From Pedobacter sp. (GTDB taxonomy: Bacteria; Bacteroidota; Bacteroidia; Sphingobacteriales; Sphingobacteriaceae), in assembly GCF_965227205.1 (NCBI RefSeq), contig NZ_OZ245727.1, positions 608,863 to 672,862 on the forward strand: a stretch of 64,000 bases of DNA, read 5' to 3'. Under the pieces are notes generated by a model. That model was not told the origin of the DNA. It ran no database searches and was given only the letters and a program-made list of their open reading frames with translations. Positions 48,435-58,315 of this stretch are shown piece by piece. A program made the translations under genes and the position numbers. Numbering within the stretch: the stretch's first letter is position 1; every line of letters starts with the position of its first letter.

Positions 48435-49805
48435 ATGCAAGAAATTAAAAATTATGTAGAAGCAAACAAGCAACGTTTTCTAGACGAGTTGTTTGAATTA
48501 CTACGTTTTCCATCAGTTAGTGCCGACCCAAAATACAAAGGTGATGTGTTAAAAACGGCCGATTATGTAGCTCAAAAATTAAAGGATGCAGGTGCAGATA
48601 ATGTAGAGATTTGTGAAACAGCCGGCTATCCAATCGTTTACGGAGAGAAACTAATCGATCCTTCTTTACCAACGGTATTGGTTTATGGTCATTATGATGT
48701 TCAACCTGCAGACCCATTAGAATTATGGCATACACCACCTTTTGAGCCAACGGTTCGCGATGGAAAAATTTATGCCCGTGGTGCTTGCGATGATAAAGGC
48801 CAGTTTTACATGCATGTAAAAGCGTTTGAGTTAATGATGCAAACCAACACTTTGGCTTGTAACGTTAAGTTTATGATAGAAGGTGAAGAAGAGGTAGGTT
48901 CGGCAAATCTTGGCATTTTTGTTAAAGCAAATGCAGAGCGTTTAAAGGCAGATGTTGTTTTAATTTCCGATACTTCGATGATTAGCATGGAACATCCATC
49001 TATCGAAACCGGCTTACGTGGTTTAGCATATATGGAAGTTGAAGTTGTTGGGCCAAACCGCGATTTACACTCTGGTGTTTATGGTGGTGCGGTAGCAAAC
49101 CCTGCAACAATTCTTTGCAAAATGATTGCTTCGTTACACGATGAAAATAACCACATCACTATTCCTGCTTTCTACGATAAAGTTATTGAATTAACCGATG
49201 AAGAGAAAAAAGCTTTAAATTCTGCTCCTTACGATGAGGAAGAATATAAAAAAGACCTTAACATAGAGGAAGTTTGGGGAGAAAAAGGTTATTCTACTTT
49301 AGAGCGCACAGGTACTCGTCCAACTTTAGAAGTAAACGGAATCTGGAGTGGTTACATTGGCGAAGGTGCTAAAACCGTATTGCCGAGCAAAGCAAATGCG
49401 AAAATTTCTATGCGTTTGGTTCCAAATCAAAGTTCAGAAGAAATTTCGGAGATTTTTGCTAAGCATTTTGAAAGCATTGCGCCTAAAAATGTAAAGGTAA
49501 AAGTTACCCCTCATCACGGTGGCGAGCCGGTTGTAACGCCAACAGATAGCATAGCCTATCGCGCTGCAGAAAAAGCAATTGAAGACAGCTTTGGTAAAAC
49601 TGCAATTCCAACTCGTGGTGGTGGTTCTATTCCAATTGTTGCCTTATTCGAAGATGTTTTAGGTATTAAATCTGTGCTTTTTGGTTTTGGTTTAGATAGC
49701 GATGCACTGCACTCGCCAAACGAAAAATACGATATCTACAATTATTATAAAGGCATTGAAACTTTGCCATTGTTCCACAAATATTTTGCTGAATTAAGTA
49801 AGTAA
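48435..49805 (+). CDS. M20 family dipeptidase
   Basis: YGHYDVQP, RGACDDKG, EGEEEVGS, DLHSG, HSPNE. Confidence 0.95.
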   Translation: MQEIKNYVEANKQRFLDELFELLRFPSVSADPKYKGDVLKTADYVAQKLKDAGADNVEICETAGYPIVYGEKLIDPSLPTVLVYGHYDVQPADPLELWHTPPFEPTVRDGKIYARGACDDKGQFYMHVKAFELMMQTNTLACNVKFMIEGEEEVGSANLGIFVKANAERLKADVVLISDTSMISMEHPSIETGLRGLAYMEVEVVGPNRDLHSGVYGGAVANPATILCKMIASLHDENNHITIPAFYDKVIELTDEEKKALNSAPYDEEEYKKDLNIEEVWGEKGYSTLERTGTRPTLEVNGIWSGYIGEGAKTVLPSKANAKISMRLVPNQSSEEISEIFAKHFESIAPKNVKVKVTPHHGGEPVVTPTDSIAYRAAEKAIEDSFGKTAIPTRGGGSIPIVALFEDVLGIKSVLFGFGLDSDALHSPNEKYDIYNYYKGIETLPLFHKYFAELSK

Positions 49806-49903
49806 CCCCCATCCGCCTATCGGCACCTTCCCCCTGAAAAGGGAAGGGTTGCAGGATGCAGAACCCTACGTTTCTTTTTATGACAAGTCGTCGATAGCCA
49901 GTT

Positions 49904-49940
49904 AATCCCTGTTTATTTTTTAATAGACAGGGATTTTTTT
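49904..49940 (+). terminator. Intrinsic terminator after dipeptidase
   Basis: AATCCCTGT/ACAGGGATT hairpin followed by T-run. Confidence 0.75.
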
Positions 49941-50066
49941 TGGAAATGAATGTTCAGTTTTTCATTGGCGCTGCAGTCCTGCTATACATTTCAATCTTTT
50001 TGTTACTGTCAGTTTGAGCTTGTCGAAGACCTGCAACAAAAAGTATTTCTATTGCTATCAGGTTTA
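49939..50066 (-). repeat. Family B element carrying a single REP (50006-50030), an intact homologue of the IS110 target
   Basis: AGTCCTGCTATACATTTCAATC-TTTTT[GTTACTGTCAGTTTGAGCTTGTCGAAGACCTGCAAC]AAAAA-GTATTTCTATTGCTATCAGGTTTA. Confidence 0.8.
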
Positions 50067-50238
50067 TAATTTGCGGTAAAATTTTCATAGTAAAAGGAGC
50101 CACCAATCCGCCTAAGGCACCAATATCGAAGATAAATCGGTACTAAAGCAATCTGAAGGAGAATGAAAGCACGGTGTGTAATGCACCCTGCTATCCCCCA
50201 TTGGAGGAGCCTGTCCCGAGACTTCGGGAGGCACGGCT

Positions 50239-50697
50239 AGGATTTTTAAACTTTGAGGGGAAACTCCCCTCCTAATTTAGGAGGGGTGGGGGTGGTTTTA
50301 TTAATTTTTGTTCTTTTTCCCATTATTGGTTTGTTTCGGCTCGCCGCCAAATGACTATTTTCTTTTGGCTTAGCCCAAAAGAAACAAAAACCCAAGGCTT
50401 GGAAGTGTTGTTGGATAAATTCGTTAAAACATTTAAAGCGGCAACACAAGCTGCGATGAAGAATCGCAGAGTGTGCGCTGCCTTGTGCTGTGGTAGATGA
50501 AAAATTGTTCAAATGTTTTAGCTTTTTCTCCTTCCAACACTTCCTAGGCCGGATTGCAGGGTGGTCATAGCGAGTCGTCATCACGACTTTGGTCGATAGA
50601 TTTTATAATCACGCTTGTCCTCTTTGGAGGGGGCAGGGGAGGATTTTTAAACTTTGAGGGAAACACCCCTCCTAATTTAGGAGGGGTGGGGGTGGTT
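50239..50697. repeat. 58/59-bp direct repeats (50239-50297, 50640-50697) bracketing family C copy C2 (about 50335-50587)
   Basis: AGGATTTTTAAACTTTGAGGG(G)AAAC(T/A)CCCCTCCTAATTTAGGAGGGGTGGGGGTGGTT present twice. Confidence 0.85.
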
Positions 50698-50729
50698 AAA
50701 ACATCCATAGCTAAACAAACCCAGCCACT

Positions 50730-50836
50730 TAAACCCGACCTGAATGTAAAATCCTTTACCGATTTTTTCAATCGGGAAAGATTTGAAATGGGGGCGGGAC
50801 TGAATTGAGCGATTAGCACTGCAATTGCTTTTCAAA
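50730..50836 (+). repeat. Family B element
   Basis: TAAACCCGAC...ATCCTTT[CCGATTTTTTCAATCGG]AAAGATT...GGCGGGAC...GCTTTTCAAA. Confidence 0.7.
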
Positions 50837-50880
50837 AAAAGAAAAATCACTTTTGGCTAATTTTTTTTTAAATTGTGCTC

Positions 50881-51861
50881 ATGAAATACATAATCCCATC
50901 TCTTTTACTTTTTGTAGCAAGCACTTCTTTTGCGCAAAGTACTAAATCGATTAAGCAATCGGGAAACCCAATTTTTGAAGGTTGGTATGCAGATCCTGAG
51001 GCGGCTATTTTTAATAATAAGTATTGGGTTTATCCAACTTATTCTGCAAAGTATAAAGAACAGGTTTTTCTGGATGCTTTTTCATCAACAGATTTGGTAA
51101 CATGGAAAAAACATCCTAAAGTTTTAGATACAGCTGCGGTTAAATGGGCAAATAAAGCCATGTGGGCGCCAGCAATTGTAGAGAAAGATAAGAAGTATTA
51201 TTTATTCTTTGGTGCTAACGACATTCAAAGTGATAATGAGGTTGGTGGAATTGGTGTAGCTGTGGCCGATAAACCTGAAGGACCATATAAAGACCATTTA
51301 GGCAAGCCATTGGTTGATAAATTTCACAACGGGGCGCAACCAATTGACCAATTTGTTTTTAAAGATAAAGACGGACAGTATTACCTGATTTACGGGGGAT
51401 GGAAACATTGTAACATTGCAAAACTAAATAAAGATTTCACTGGCTTTTTGCCATTTGATGATGGAACAATTTTTAAAGAAATAACGCCAGACAAATACGT
51501 TGAAGGACCATATATGTTTATCAGAAATGGTAAATACTACTTTATGTGGAGCGAAGGCGGCTGGACCGGTCCGGATTATTGTGTAGCTTATGCAGTTAGC
51601 GATTCGCCATTTGGCCCTTTTAAAAGAGTTGGTAAAATTTTAGAGCAAGATGCTGCAATTGCAAGAGGAGCAGGGCATCATTCTGTAATCATTAATGAGA
51701 AAAAGAATTCTTATCACATCGTTTATCACCGTCGCCCGCTAACGGAAACTAATGGAAACCATCGTGTTACCTGTATTGATGAAATGAAATTTGATGCAGA
51801 TGGAAATATCCTTCCTGTAAAAATTACCAATGAAGGTGTAAAAGCTCAAAAGGTTAAATAA
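50881..51861 (+). CDS. GH43 family glycoside hydrolase, secreted
   Basis: WYADPE, MWAPAI, PIDQFVF, VEGP, GHHSV; start at ATG 50881. Confidence 0.93.
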   Translation: MKYIIPSLLLFVASTSFAQSTKSIKQSGNPIFEGWYADPEAAIFNNKYWVYPTYSAKYKEQVFLDAFSSTDLVTWKKHPKVLDTAAVKWANKAMWAPAIVEKDKKYYLFFGANDIQSDNEVGGIGVAVADKPEGPYKDHLGKPLVDKFHNGAQPIDQFVFKDKDGQYYLIYGGWKHCNIAKLNKDFTGFLPFDDGTIFKEITPDKYVEGPYMFIRNGKYYFMWSEGGWTGPDYCVAYAVSDSPFGPFKRVGKILEQDAAIARGAGHHSVIINEKKNSYHIVYHRRPLTETNGNHRVTCIDEMKFDADGNILPVKITNEGVKAQKVK

Positions 51862-51868
51862 ATATTTT

Positions 51869-51903
51869 AAAGTCAGTTTTTAGCTTGTTTAGAAACTGAC
51901 TTT
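51869..51903. terminator. Bidirectional terminator between GH43 and MFS genes
   Basis: AAAGTCAGTTT/AAACTGACTTT hairpin between convergent genes. Confidence 0.7.
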
Positions 51904-53128
51904 AATTGCTTTCAGCTAAACTATTTGCCTGTTTTTTATCTAACAAGCTAAAGCCGTATGCACAAATCAAAAGGATACACGCCAAGCCGAACCAAAGCCA
52001 ATTATAACCTAAGTGCTTTGCAATAAAAAATCCAGCCATTGGACCAACTACCTGGGCACAACTCCAGCTCAATGTATAACCTGCAGCATATAAGCCTCTG
52101 TTATGCTCATTACTTCTGCTAATAACCACCGTATTAATAAAAGGTAGCACAAACATTTCGCCAATGGTAAAAGTTACGATGGTTAGTATAGCTGTAAATA
52201 CATGAAAAGTAATCGGCGCACTAAGAAGTAAATAGGAAACGGCAAAGAAAACGGAACCGATAATTATAAAAAACATTGGCGACTTTTTCTTTTCGATTTT
52301 ATTAATCATAATCATTTCGAACAGGGCTATTATCGACCCGTTTATACCAATGATTATTCCGATGGCAAATTCGTCGATGTGCCACTGCTCCTTAAAAAAT
52401 ACCGGAACAACCCTAAACATCAGGAAAGCACATGTAATAAAAAGTGTGGTTAACAGGATAAAACGAACATAAAAGGCATCTTGCCAGGGTTTTAAAATAA
52501 CCATGTTGCTGCGGTTTTCTTTCGCTTTTTTTATAAAATCTTTAACCTGAGGCAATAGAAATAAAATGGCTAAACCTACTAAAATACTCACACCACCTTC
52601 TACAATAAACAATAGCTTGTAATTTATCGAAGCAATTATCCCTGCCATGCTTATCCCTGCAGACCAGCCAATGTTAACTGCAAGTCGGTTTAACGAATAT
52701 GAACGCGTTATTGTGCCTTCTTTTGCATAATGCGCAACCGCAGTAAAATTCGCCGGACGAAAAGCCTCGGAGAAAAAACTGATTACGACTGCTAAAATAC
52801 AGAGTGTAGAAAAATGGGTTATGGTCGAAAATAGTATGAATAACAATCCGCCGATAATTGATGAAAGTATTTGAACAGGTCTGAAACCAATAATATCGGT
52901 TAGTTTACCACCAGTTGCGGAACCCAAAATAGAACCAACTCCAAAGAGCGTAATAATTAAACCAGCATCAATTTCTGAACGGTGCAAACTCTGTGTTACG
53001 TACAAACCCATAAATGGAACAGCCATACTACCGCATCTATTAAACATCATTACAATGCTTAGCAGCCAGGTTTCTTTACTTAGTCCGCTGAATGATGATT
53101 TGTATGTATTTAAAATGAGTTTGAACAT
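51902..53128 (-). CDS. MFS transporter
   Basis: 12 TM pattern; GGKLTDIIGFR motif A. Confidence 0.92.
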   Translation of the reverse strand: MFKLILNTYKSSFSGLSKETWLLSIVMMFNRCGSMAVPFMGLYVTQSLHRSEIDAGLIITLFGVGSILGSATGGKLTDIIGFRPVQILSSIIGGLLFILFSTITHFSTLCILAVVISFFSEAFRPANFTAVAHYAKEGTITRSYSLNRLAVNIGWSAGISMAGIIASINYKLLFIVEGGVSILVGLAILFLLPQVKDFIKKAKENRSNMVILKPWQDAFYVRFILLTTLFITCAFLMFRVVPVFFKEQWHIDEFAIGIIIGINGSIIALFEMIMINKIEKKKSPMFFIIIGSVFFAVSYLLLSAPITFHVFTAILTIVTFTIGEMFVLPFINTVVISRSNEHNRGLYAAGYTLSWSCAQVVGPMAGFFIAKHLGYNWLWFGLACILLICAYGFSLLDKKQANSLAESN

Positions 53129-53203
53129 GGTGCGTTTTCGAGTGCAAAAGTAGTGAAATGGGTTGTGATAAGTGATGAGAGAAATTAAATAGTGAGGGAA
53201 ATT

Positions 53204-53746
53204 CGGAGAGTTTTTCGAAATATAAATTACAAGTAAGTTTGAACGGTTTTAATGGGTTGTCATGCTGAGCCTGTCGAAGCACTTTCCGAATCACGTTCTA
53301 CAATTCCGTCATTGAGAGGCTGATTTTTCATCAGCCGTGGCAATCTCCTTAGCTATCCGTAACATACCCTGCTCACGGTCTTTTCTCAGCTCACCGTCGC
53401 CGGATGGCTCTTTCTTTTGGCTTAGCCCAAAAGAAACAAACCTGAGCGCAGCGAAAGCATGACCACCTGTAAAAACAAATGAAAAAAAGGACATAAACCC
53501 AAGGCTTGCATCTTTTCTTTATTTCAGCTATCGAAATTTTAATAGCGATGATATGAGGCCTTCCATTTCACAAATCCCCATTGGCTGCATATTCAATGCC
53601 GAACTCTTCGAAAATCTGCTATGCCGGATAGCATGGTGGCCATAGCGAGTTGTCATCTCAATCCTAGCGGAGAGATTTTCGAAATATAAATTACAAGTAA
53701 GTTTGAACGGTTTTAATGGGCTGTCATGCTGAGCCCGTCGAAGCAC
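53204..53746. repeat. 79-bp direct repeats (53204-53282, 53668-53746) bracketing a REP and family C copy C3 (about 53390-53660)
   Basis: 76/79 identity by hand; about 50 bp of the repeat is non-REP sequence. Confidence 0.88.
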
Positions 53747-53962
53747 AATCTTTTCTTAAATGGTATTAAATGCCTTATATGGTAAATTTTATCACTCACA
53801 TTACATCGCCACTCTCCGTCATTCTGAACTTGTTTCAGAATCTCCCTACCACATTCCAGGATTCATGTTCTTACCATCTTGCATATTCCTTCGAAAAAAG
53901 GTTCTTGTTTTCGAATAAGGACCAATGAAGAATCCTATAAAGTGCAAAGGAATAGGCAAACA

Positions 53963-54017
53963 GGGGTAGACTTAAGGTAGACTAAAGGCGGTCTTGAGGT
54001 AGACCGGAGGTAGAGTT
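53963..54017. repeat. Five imperfect 11-bp direct repeats (consensus RAGGTAGACTT)
   Basis: GGGGTAGACTT AAGGTAGACTA AAGGCGGTCTT GAGGTAGACCG GAGGTAGAGTT. Confidence 0.7.
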
Positions 54018-54285
54018 GTAAAACTTATTTTTGGGAAAACGCTATAGAATTTATCATCCCTATTGAATAAACTAAAATACAAATTTTACAGCAATAAGTA
54101 AAGGAATGATGGAGCTTTTCGGAAACCCTGAGAAATTACTTTAAGTTCAATAATGGCTGCTAAGGGATTGCAAATCCGTATTTATTGTAAAATACGAAAT
54201 GCTGATTGCTAACCTTCCAAACAGCAAAATTTGTTAAATGAAGTTAAATTGTTTGTAATGGCTAGTGATATCTTTAAATTCAGAC

Positions 54286-55566
54286 ATGAACGCTCTTTCG
54301 AAGAATCTTTCCGTTTTACTTATACTTCTTTCTCCGTTTTTTTGTTGTGGACAAGCCTTAAGCGAACTGCAAGCTTGGCTAACAGATAATACGACAAAAA
54401 TCAATTCCGCTGATACCCTGGGTTTTCAGCTTAATAAAGAATTTTTTAATCAGAAAACGATAATTGCTTTGGGCGAACCCACTCATGGTACATCTGAGGC
54501 ACAAATCAGCAGACATAAACTCCTCGAATTTTTGGTGCAAAATTGCAATGTTAAGTTTTTAGCACTCGAAGCGGTATCAAATTGCGAAGCCGTTAATGAA
54601 TTTCTACTTAATGGCAAAGGAACTGCTAAGGCAGCATGCAAAGCACTGGATATGTGGATGTATGATACCGCGGAAACCGAAAAACTAATGCTTTGGATTA
54701 GAAACTACAACCTGCTGAGAAAGGCAAATGAAAGAATTAGATTTTATGGAATCGATTATGCATTGCAGAAAATCAATGAGCATTTTTTATCTGATTCTTT
54801 GGTTGCTAATGGCATTATATCCAAAAGTTTAATAAGCAGAATAGTCAGTGCTGATTCTAAAACTTTTAATAATAAAAATGCTTCGGTAGAAGAATTAACG
54901 GTTTACAAAAACGAATTAAAATCCCTTGCTGATAGTATTAATTTGCAAAAAAGTTTGATAGTGAAAAAGGTATCAGCTGCTTATTTTTTCTATGCTATTT
55001 ACCTTTGCAAAACACTTGAACAAACCATACAGGCTAAGATATTGGGTAACAAATTACCAATTGCCTACCGCGATAGTTGCATGGCAGAAAATGTTCACTT
55101 CATATCAGCTACCAACAATAATGCGAAGATTTTCGTGGGCGGACATAATGCTCACATAAGGAAAATCGATAAGGCAACGATGGGCTTTTTCTTAAAAAAG
55201 ATTTTTGGCGCTGGTTTTTATACTATCGGAATTTTTGCAGGTGAAGCTACTTTTAGAGCCTTCGTTTTTAATAAGCAAAACTCCATATATGACCTCAAAC
55301 TAAACCAAAGTAAAGATTTGCAAAGGTATTCACTCGGACATGAGTTGAAACCCACAAGTTTTGGTTCATTTTATATTGACTTTAAGTCTTGCAATAAAAA
55401 TTTAATCTATAAACAACTCTTCGAAAAATCAAAGTTTAATCTCTATGCAGGGTGGTTGTATGATCCTGAAAATCCAAAGAAGTATTTTTTATGGGATTCT
55501 TTAACAAAAAATTATGACGCAGTAATCTATTTTAATGAAACCTTTGGGACGGTTGCGATAAAATAA
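54286..55566 (+). CDS. Erythromycin esterase (Ere) family protein, secreted
   Basis: ALGEPTHG, conserved R and ALE, RFYGID, RDSCMAEN, GHNAHI, YDAVIYF; start uncertain (54265 or 54286). Confidence 0.85.
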   Translation: MNALSKNLSVLLILLSPFFCCGQALSELQAWLTDNTTKINSADTLGFQLNKEFFNQKTIIALGEPTHGTSEAQISRHKLLEFLVQNCNVKFLALEAVSNCEAVNEFLLNGKGTAKAACKALDMWMYDTAETEKLMLWIRNYNLLRKANERIRFYGIDYALQKINEHFLSDSLVANGIISKSLISRIVSADSKTFNNKNASVEELTVYKNELKSLADSINLQKSLIVKKVSAAYFFYAIYLCKTLEQTIQAKILGNKLPIAYRDSCMAENVHFISATNNNAKIFVGGHNAHIRKIDKATMGFFLKKIFGAGFYTIGIFAGEATFRAFVFNKQNSIYDLKLNQSKDLQRYSLGHELKPTSFGSFYIDFKSCNKNLIYKQLFEKSKFNLYAGWLYDPENPKKYFLWDSLTKNYDAVIYFNETFGTVAIK

Positions 55567-55766
55567 GCTTATACCTTAATGGTTCTACAGTTTTTATAAA
55601 TTTTGATTTTTAGGAGTTATTGTTGTGCTAACAACAAATTCAAAATTCCATGGATTTCGTGTTTCCGTGTCTAAATATTATTTATTGATTTGACATGAAC
55701 GATAAGCGTTGGTTGATTTTTTTAATTTCCCCGCATTTTTCCTCAACTTAGCGGTATCAAATAATT

Positions 55767-56633
55767 ATGCCGCCAGAAAAAAGAATACCGACTATCAGAA
55801 AACCTTCAACCCGAAAGCCTGTAAATCGCAAAAAGAAATCTAAACCGTTTCCAACACAATGGAAGGTGGCTATTGCAGGTTTGCTTTTGATATTATTATC
55901 TCCTTTTTATTATGGTTATGTGGTAAGTGCTTTTGTTTCAACCTGGCGATGGATAACGGATATTGGCGAAGACCCGAACTATAGAACTTACAAAAGCTTT
56001 GACATTAAAATACCGAAAAAATATTCCATACACGGGATAGATGTTTCTTATTATCAGGGAAAAATTGATTGGGAAAAGGTTAAGAAGATGAAGGAAGATG
56101 AAGTGAATGTCAGCTTTGCTTTTATAAAAGCTACAGAAGGTATTTTATTAGTAGACCCTTATTTTCAAAGGAACTGGCGTGAAGCGCCAAAGGCGGGGAT
56201 ACTTTGCGGTGCTTATCATTTTTTCCGCCCCAAACGTGATGGCAAAACGCAAGCTAAATTTTTTCTTCAGGTGGTTAAAATAGAAAAAGGAGATTTGCCT
56301 CCGGTAGTCGATATTGAAACTTTAGATGGTGTTTCTCCACTTAAAATGAGAGCGGAACTTTCTGATTTTCTCAACTATGTGGAAATGAAAACTAAAGTCA
56401 GGCCAATTATTTATACGGGTTTAAAGTTTTATGAAGATTATTTGATTGAAAAGTTTGATGAATACCCGCTTTGGATTGCACACTATTATCAGCCCAAATT
56501 GAGATTAGATAAAAACCGCTGGAAATTCTGGCAACATTCTGATAAAGCTAAAATCAATGGTATTGGTCATGTTGTTGATTTTAATGCTTTTAATGGAGAT
56601 AGTACAGCGTTGGCCCAGATGGTAGTGAAGTAA
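55767..56633 (+). CDS. GH25 lysozyme with N-terminal membrane anchor
   Basis: HGIDVSYYQ, FIKATEG, GAYHFF, PPVVDIE, WIAHY, FWQHS, VDFN. Confidence 0.93.
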   Translation: MPPEKRIPTIRKPSTRKPVNRKKKSKPFPTQWKVAIAGLLLILLSPFYYGYVVSAFVSTWRWITDIGEDPNYRTYKSFDIKIPKKYSIHGIDVSYYQGKIDWEKVKKMKEDEVNVSFAFIKATEGILLVDPYFQRNWREAPKAGILCGAYHFFRPKRDGKTQAKFFLQVVKIEKGDLPPVVDIETLDGVSPLKMRAELSDFLNYVEMKTKVRPIIYTGLKFYEDYLIEKFDEYPLWIAHYYQPKLRLDKNRWKFWQHSDKAKINGIGHVVDFNAFNGDSTALAQMVVK

Positions 56634-56664
56634 ATGTATGCCACGTGTTTTTTCCACTTCGCTA

Positions 56665-56916
56665 GCTTGCCTCGACTCACCGCCGTCGAGTGGCTCTAAA
56701 CTTTTTCTTGATAAAAAGTTTAACAAAAATCAAGGCTTGGATCTGATGTCGGATAAAAGGGATAAAGTTTCTTTTCGGCATCACAAGCTGCGATGAAAAA
56801 TCGCAGAGTGTGCGATGCCTTGAGCTGTGGTTTTATGAAAGTTTTTGCAAAAACTTTAGCCTTTTCTCTTTCCATCATCTCCTATGCCGGATAGCATGGC
56901 GGTGTAGCGGGGCACG
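56665..56916 (-). repeat. Family C copy C4
   Basis: AAACTTTTT-CTTGAT-AAAAAGTTT hairpin with ATCAAG partner at 56729-56734; TGCCGGAT at 56885-56892; internal CACAAGCTGCGATGAA block shared with C2. Confidence 0.75.
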
Positions 56917-56964
56917 ATTGATAACTAATCAACCAATGAACTAATTAACCAATGAACCAATCAA

Positions 56965-58062
56965 CTAAATCGTCCAACTCTCGCATTTCTCTAAGAAAAA
57001 TTCGTCAGCTTCTGCCCCAATTCCAGGTGTTTCGGGTACATCTAAGAAGTAGCCATTGTAGGTTAAGCCACCGACAGCAGGGTCAACTAAATGGCCTAGT
57101 AAGGCGGTATCTAAGTCAAAAAACACCACATTCGGACTAGCCAAAGCGAAATGAAGATTTGCACTTAAAGCAATACGGCTTTCGAGCATACTGCCAATCA
57201 TACATTTAACTCCGGTTTGCAAGGCTTCTTCGTGTATTTTTTGAGCACCTAATATTCCTCCCGATTTCGAAAACTTGATGTTTAAATAGCTTGTAGATTG
57301 GCTGTTGATGAGTTTTCTCGCATCGTGATAATTATAACAACTTTCATCAGCCATTAATTTTACAGGAGAGTTTATGTTGAGTTCAGGTAATTTATCATCA
57401 TACCAGGTTCTCATAGGTTGTTCGCAAAATTCGATGTTGTATTGAGCAAGTTCGCCTAAGGCAAATAAAGCTTCATCGAAAGTCCAACCTTGGTTTGCAT
57501 CCAAACGCAAAGTAATATCTTCTCCAACCGCTTCCCGAATCTGTTTAACACGTTCTATATCATCGTTAACTTTCTTTCCTAGCTTGATTTTTAAAATGGT
57601 ACAGCCCTGTTCTTTGTACTTAACAGCAGTTTTTGCCATTCCTTCTGGTGTGTCAATACCAATAGTCATATCGGTTTCTATTGTACGTTTGGTTCCGCCT
57701 AGAAATTTATATAAAGGTAGATTAGCATGTTTGGCAGCTATATCGAACAATGCCATATCAAAAGCACTTTTAATGGTACTGTTGTGGTCGGCATAACCCA
57801 ATAAATCGTTCATCCTCTCTGGTATTTCCAGCGGATTTTTATCTTTCAATATCGCTGCAAAATCCTTCGCCATTGCAATACAGGTTTCCTGCGTTTCGCC
57901 AACAATCATCGGGAAGGCAGAGCATTCTCCAATACCATGAATTCCGCTGTCCGTGTAAATTCTAATCAAAACATTCTGGGCAAAGTGCATGGTTCCGGTT
58001 GCAATTACAAATGGTTCCATCGGGATGCTAAAACGATATATTTCGGTATGTGTGATTTTCAT
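56965..58062 (-). CDS. Dipeptide epimerase (L-Ala-D/L-Glu epimerase, enolase superfamily)
   Basis: LKIKLG, LDANQGW, EQP, ADES, NIKFSKSGG, DLDT. Confidence 0.93.
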   Translation of the reverse strand: MKITHTEIYRFSIPMEPFVIATGTMHFAQNVLIRIYTDSGIHGIGECSAFPMIVGETQETCIAMAKDFAAILKDKNPLEIPERMNDLLGYADHNSTIKSAFDMALFDIAAKHANLPLYKFLGGTKRTIETDMTIGIDTPEGMAKTAVKYKEQGCTILKIKLGKKVNDDIERVKQIREAVGEDITLRLDANQGWTFDEALFALGELAQYNIEFCEQPMRTWYDDKLPELNINSPVKLMADESCYNYHDARKLINSQSTSYLNIKFSKSGGILGAQKIHEEALQTGVKCMIGSMLESRIALSANLHFALASPNVVFFDLDTALLGHLVDPAVGGLTYNGYFLDVPETPGIGAEADEFFLEKCESWTI

Positions 58063-58109
58063 AGTGTTGTTTTTCTAATTTAACCTTTAGGTTATTTAAA
58101 GTTTTTTTA

Positions 58110-58240
58110 GTCCTAGCCGGACAGGCTTCTTACTTTTTGGCAACAAAAAGTAACAAAAATTGCCGGCTGAAAATTTTTGTTTTAAAGGTAGTAATTTGGC
58201 ATTGACAATGCATCCCCAAAAATTTGTTAGGCCGGATTAA
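58110..58240 (-). repeat. Family C copy C5 (short)
   Basis: GTCCTAGCCGGACAGGC; TTACTTTTTG/CAAAAAGTAA hairpin, loop GGCAA pairing with TTGCC at 58160-58164; GGCCGGAT end. Confidence 0.7.
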
Positions 58241-58315
58241 ATACTAACGGGGATTCACTACTTTGGCTTAGTTGGGTGGAAATTTAATCTTTACAAAAAG
58301 GATGCAGATTTCCAG

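Noticed and set aside
50246-50819. ORFs 50246-50584, 50554-50808 and 50565-50819
   Set aside because: They run across repeat elements; the shared peptides (TTPTPPKLGG, MTTRY.H.AIR also at 53528-53746) simply reflect repeated DNA
53076-53746. ORFs 53076-53294, 53309-53494 and 53528-53746
   Set aside because: Derived from the 79-bp duplication, REP and family C sequence
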